A DNA stretch of 63,337 bases, the filler included, from Octopus bimaculoides (Eukaryota): the NCBI RefSeq assembly GCF_001194135.2. It is 5 parts of 5 records of this genome, joined end to end, with 100 filler letters (N's around TTAATTAATTAA, not from the genome) between each part and the next. Parts side by side here need not be neighbours in the genome. Positions count along the whole stretch, not along the records: positions 60,399 to 63,337 come from NW_026379518.1; 4 more parts are not named here. One strand, written 5' to 3'. This document shows positions 62,017-63,337 of this stretch, piece by piece (positions within the stretch are counted from its first letter, which is position 1; every line of letters starts with the position of its first letter). Under the pieces are notes generated by a model. That model was not told the origin of the DNA. It made no database searches and worked only from the letters and a program-made list of their open reading frames with translations. The position numbers were made by a program, and so were the translations under genes.

Positions 62017-63337
62017 TATGAATGTCTGCGTATCTGTACTTTCATTAACATTGAAACTAGAACCAAAAGTTCGTCCTCTGATTCTAGTTTCACGCCACTG
62101 CGATCTTCAGGAAATCTTCAAACCTTGCGTCACGAAACAAATATCCCGTCTTCAGTTTCAATAGAGTAACATACATTCTACATGTATTGAGCACTCTTAT
62201 CGACGCAAAACATTACGTGAACGCGTGTGTGTATGTATCTGTATACATATATAGTATATGTACGAATGTATATATGCAGATATACATAGAAAGATAAATA
62301 GGTAGATTGGTAGATAGAGTGAAAAAGATATATTTGATAGACACACTTGCACATGGAATATATATATTTGTGTGTGTGTGCGTGTGTCTATATAGATAAT
62401 GAGATAGACAAAGATACAAAGTGAAAGACACGCAAAAATGTATCTATACATGTGTGTATATGAATGTAGAGTGAATTGATAGGTAAAGATATACATACAC
62501 ATACAATATATATATAAATATATATATACCTACATATATATGCGTATATATATATATGCATATATATACATATATATACATGTACACACACACACATATA
62601 TATATATATATACATATATATACATGTACACACACACACATATATATATATATATACGCTCAGTGACATATAAGTGTATTTGTTTAAATAAACTATGAAA
62701 AAAGAGATAAATTTGATGCTTCTCACTAATACACACTCTTAAAAACAAACATTTGTACATACACACACACACACACGTACATACATACATACATACATAC
62801 ATACATACATACATACATACATACATACGTACAGTTTTATATCTAACTATAAAATATGTTAAAAAACTGTTACACTTCACTAGTAAAAGTTACAGTTATA
62901 CATATTTTATATTTATTATTTTGCTTCGGGTTCATTGTTTTGTTTTAATGTTTTCTCGTTTTGATTTCTTTTTCTCCCATTGGCGGCCATTTCGTTTCAT
63001 AGTTTATGGTTAGAGATTTTTTTGATATTTTTTCTCCAGTCTGCGATTTCATATTCTAATTTCTTCAACTAATTAATCATACAGTAACGACTTGACACAG
63101 CATGATTGCATTTTATTGGTCAAATATACACGATTCTTATTTATTGAAGCATTATAACCTTAAATGCTGTACACACCAGCACGCACGCGCATACACATTC
63201 ACAAGCTAATATGTACGTATGTATAGATGTGTGTGTACTTATACATACTTATACATAATTATACATGTAGATATATACATAAATGCACGGATTTTTTATG
63301 AATATGTATACACATATATACCTCTCTCTCTCTCTCT

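Overview
Repeat-saturated, AT-rich animal genomic DNA with many N gaps. The SINE families and microsatellite load suggest an octopus/coleoid genome (inference, not verified). I cannot support any intact host protein-coding gene; almost all listed ORFs are translations of microsatellites or N runs. Recognisable content: (i) about 30 copies of three tRNA-headed SINE families; (ii) eight pieces of R4/Dong-type RLE non-LTR retrotransposons, mostly abutting (TAA)n arrays, including a near full-length decayed element at ~32.7-36.4 kb inside a 5.3-kb same-strand pile-up; (iii) Penelope-like remnants, namely a GIY-YIG fragment and two minimal hammerhead-ribozyme folds with palindromic helix III; (iv) a decayed Merlin/IS1595-like transposase and several MITEs; (v) a strong CTCF motif, a few other motif clusters, some hairpins and two weak candidate exons. 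TTAATTAATTAA inside N runs is an assembly linker. All family assignments come from motif recognition by eye; coordinates of decayed elements are approximate.
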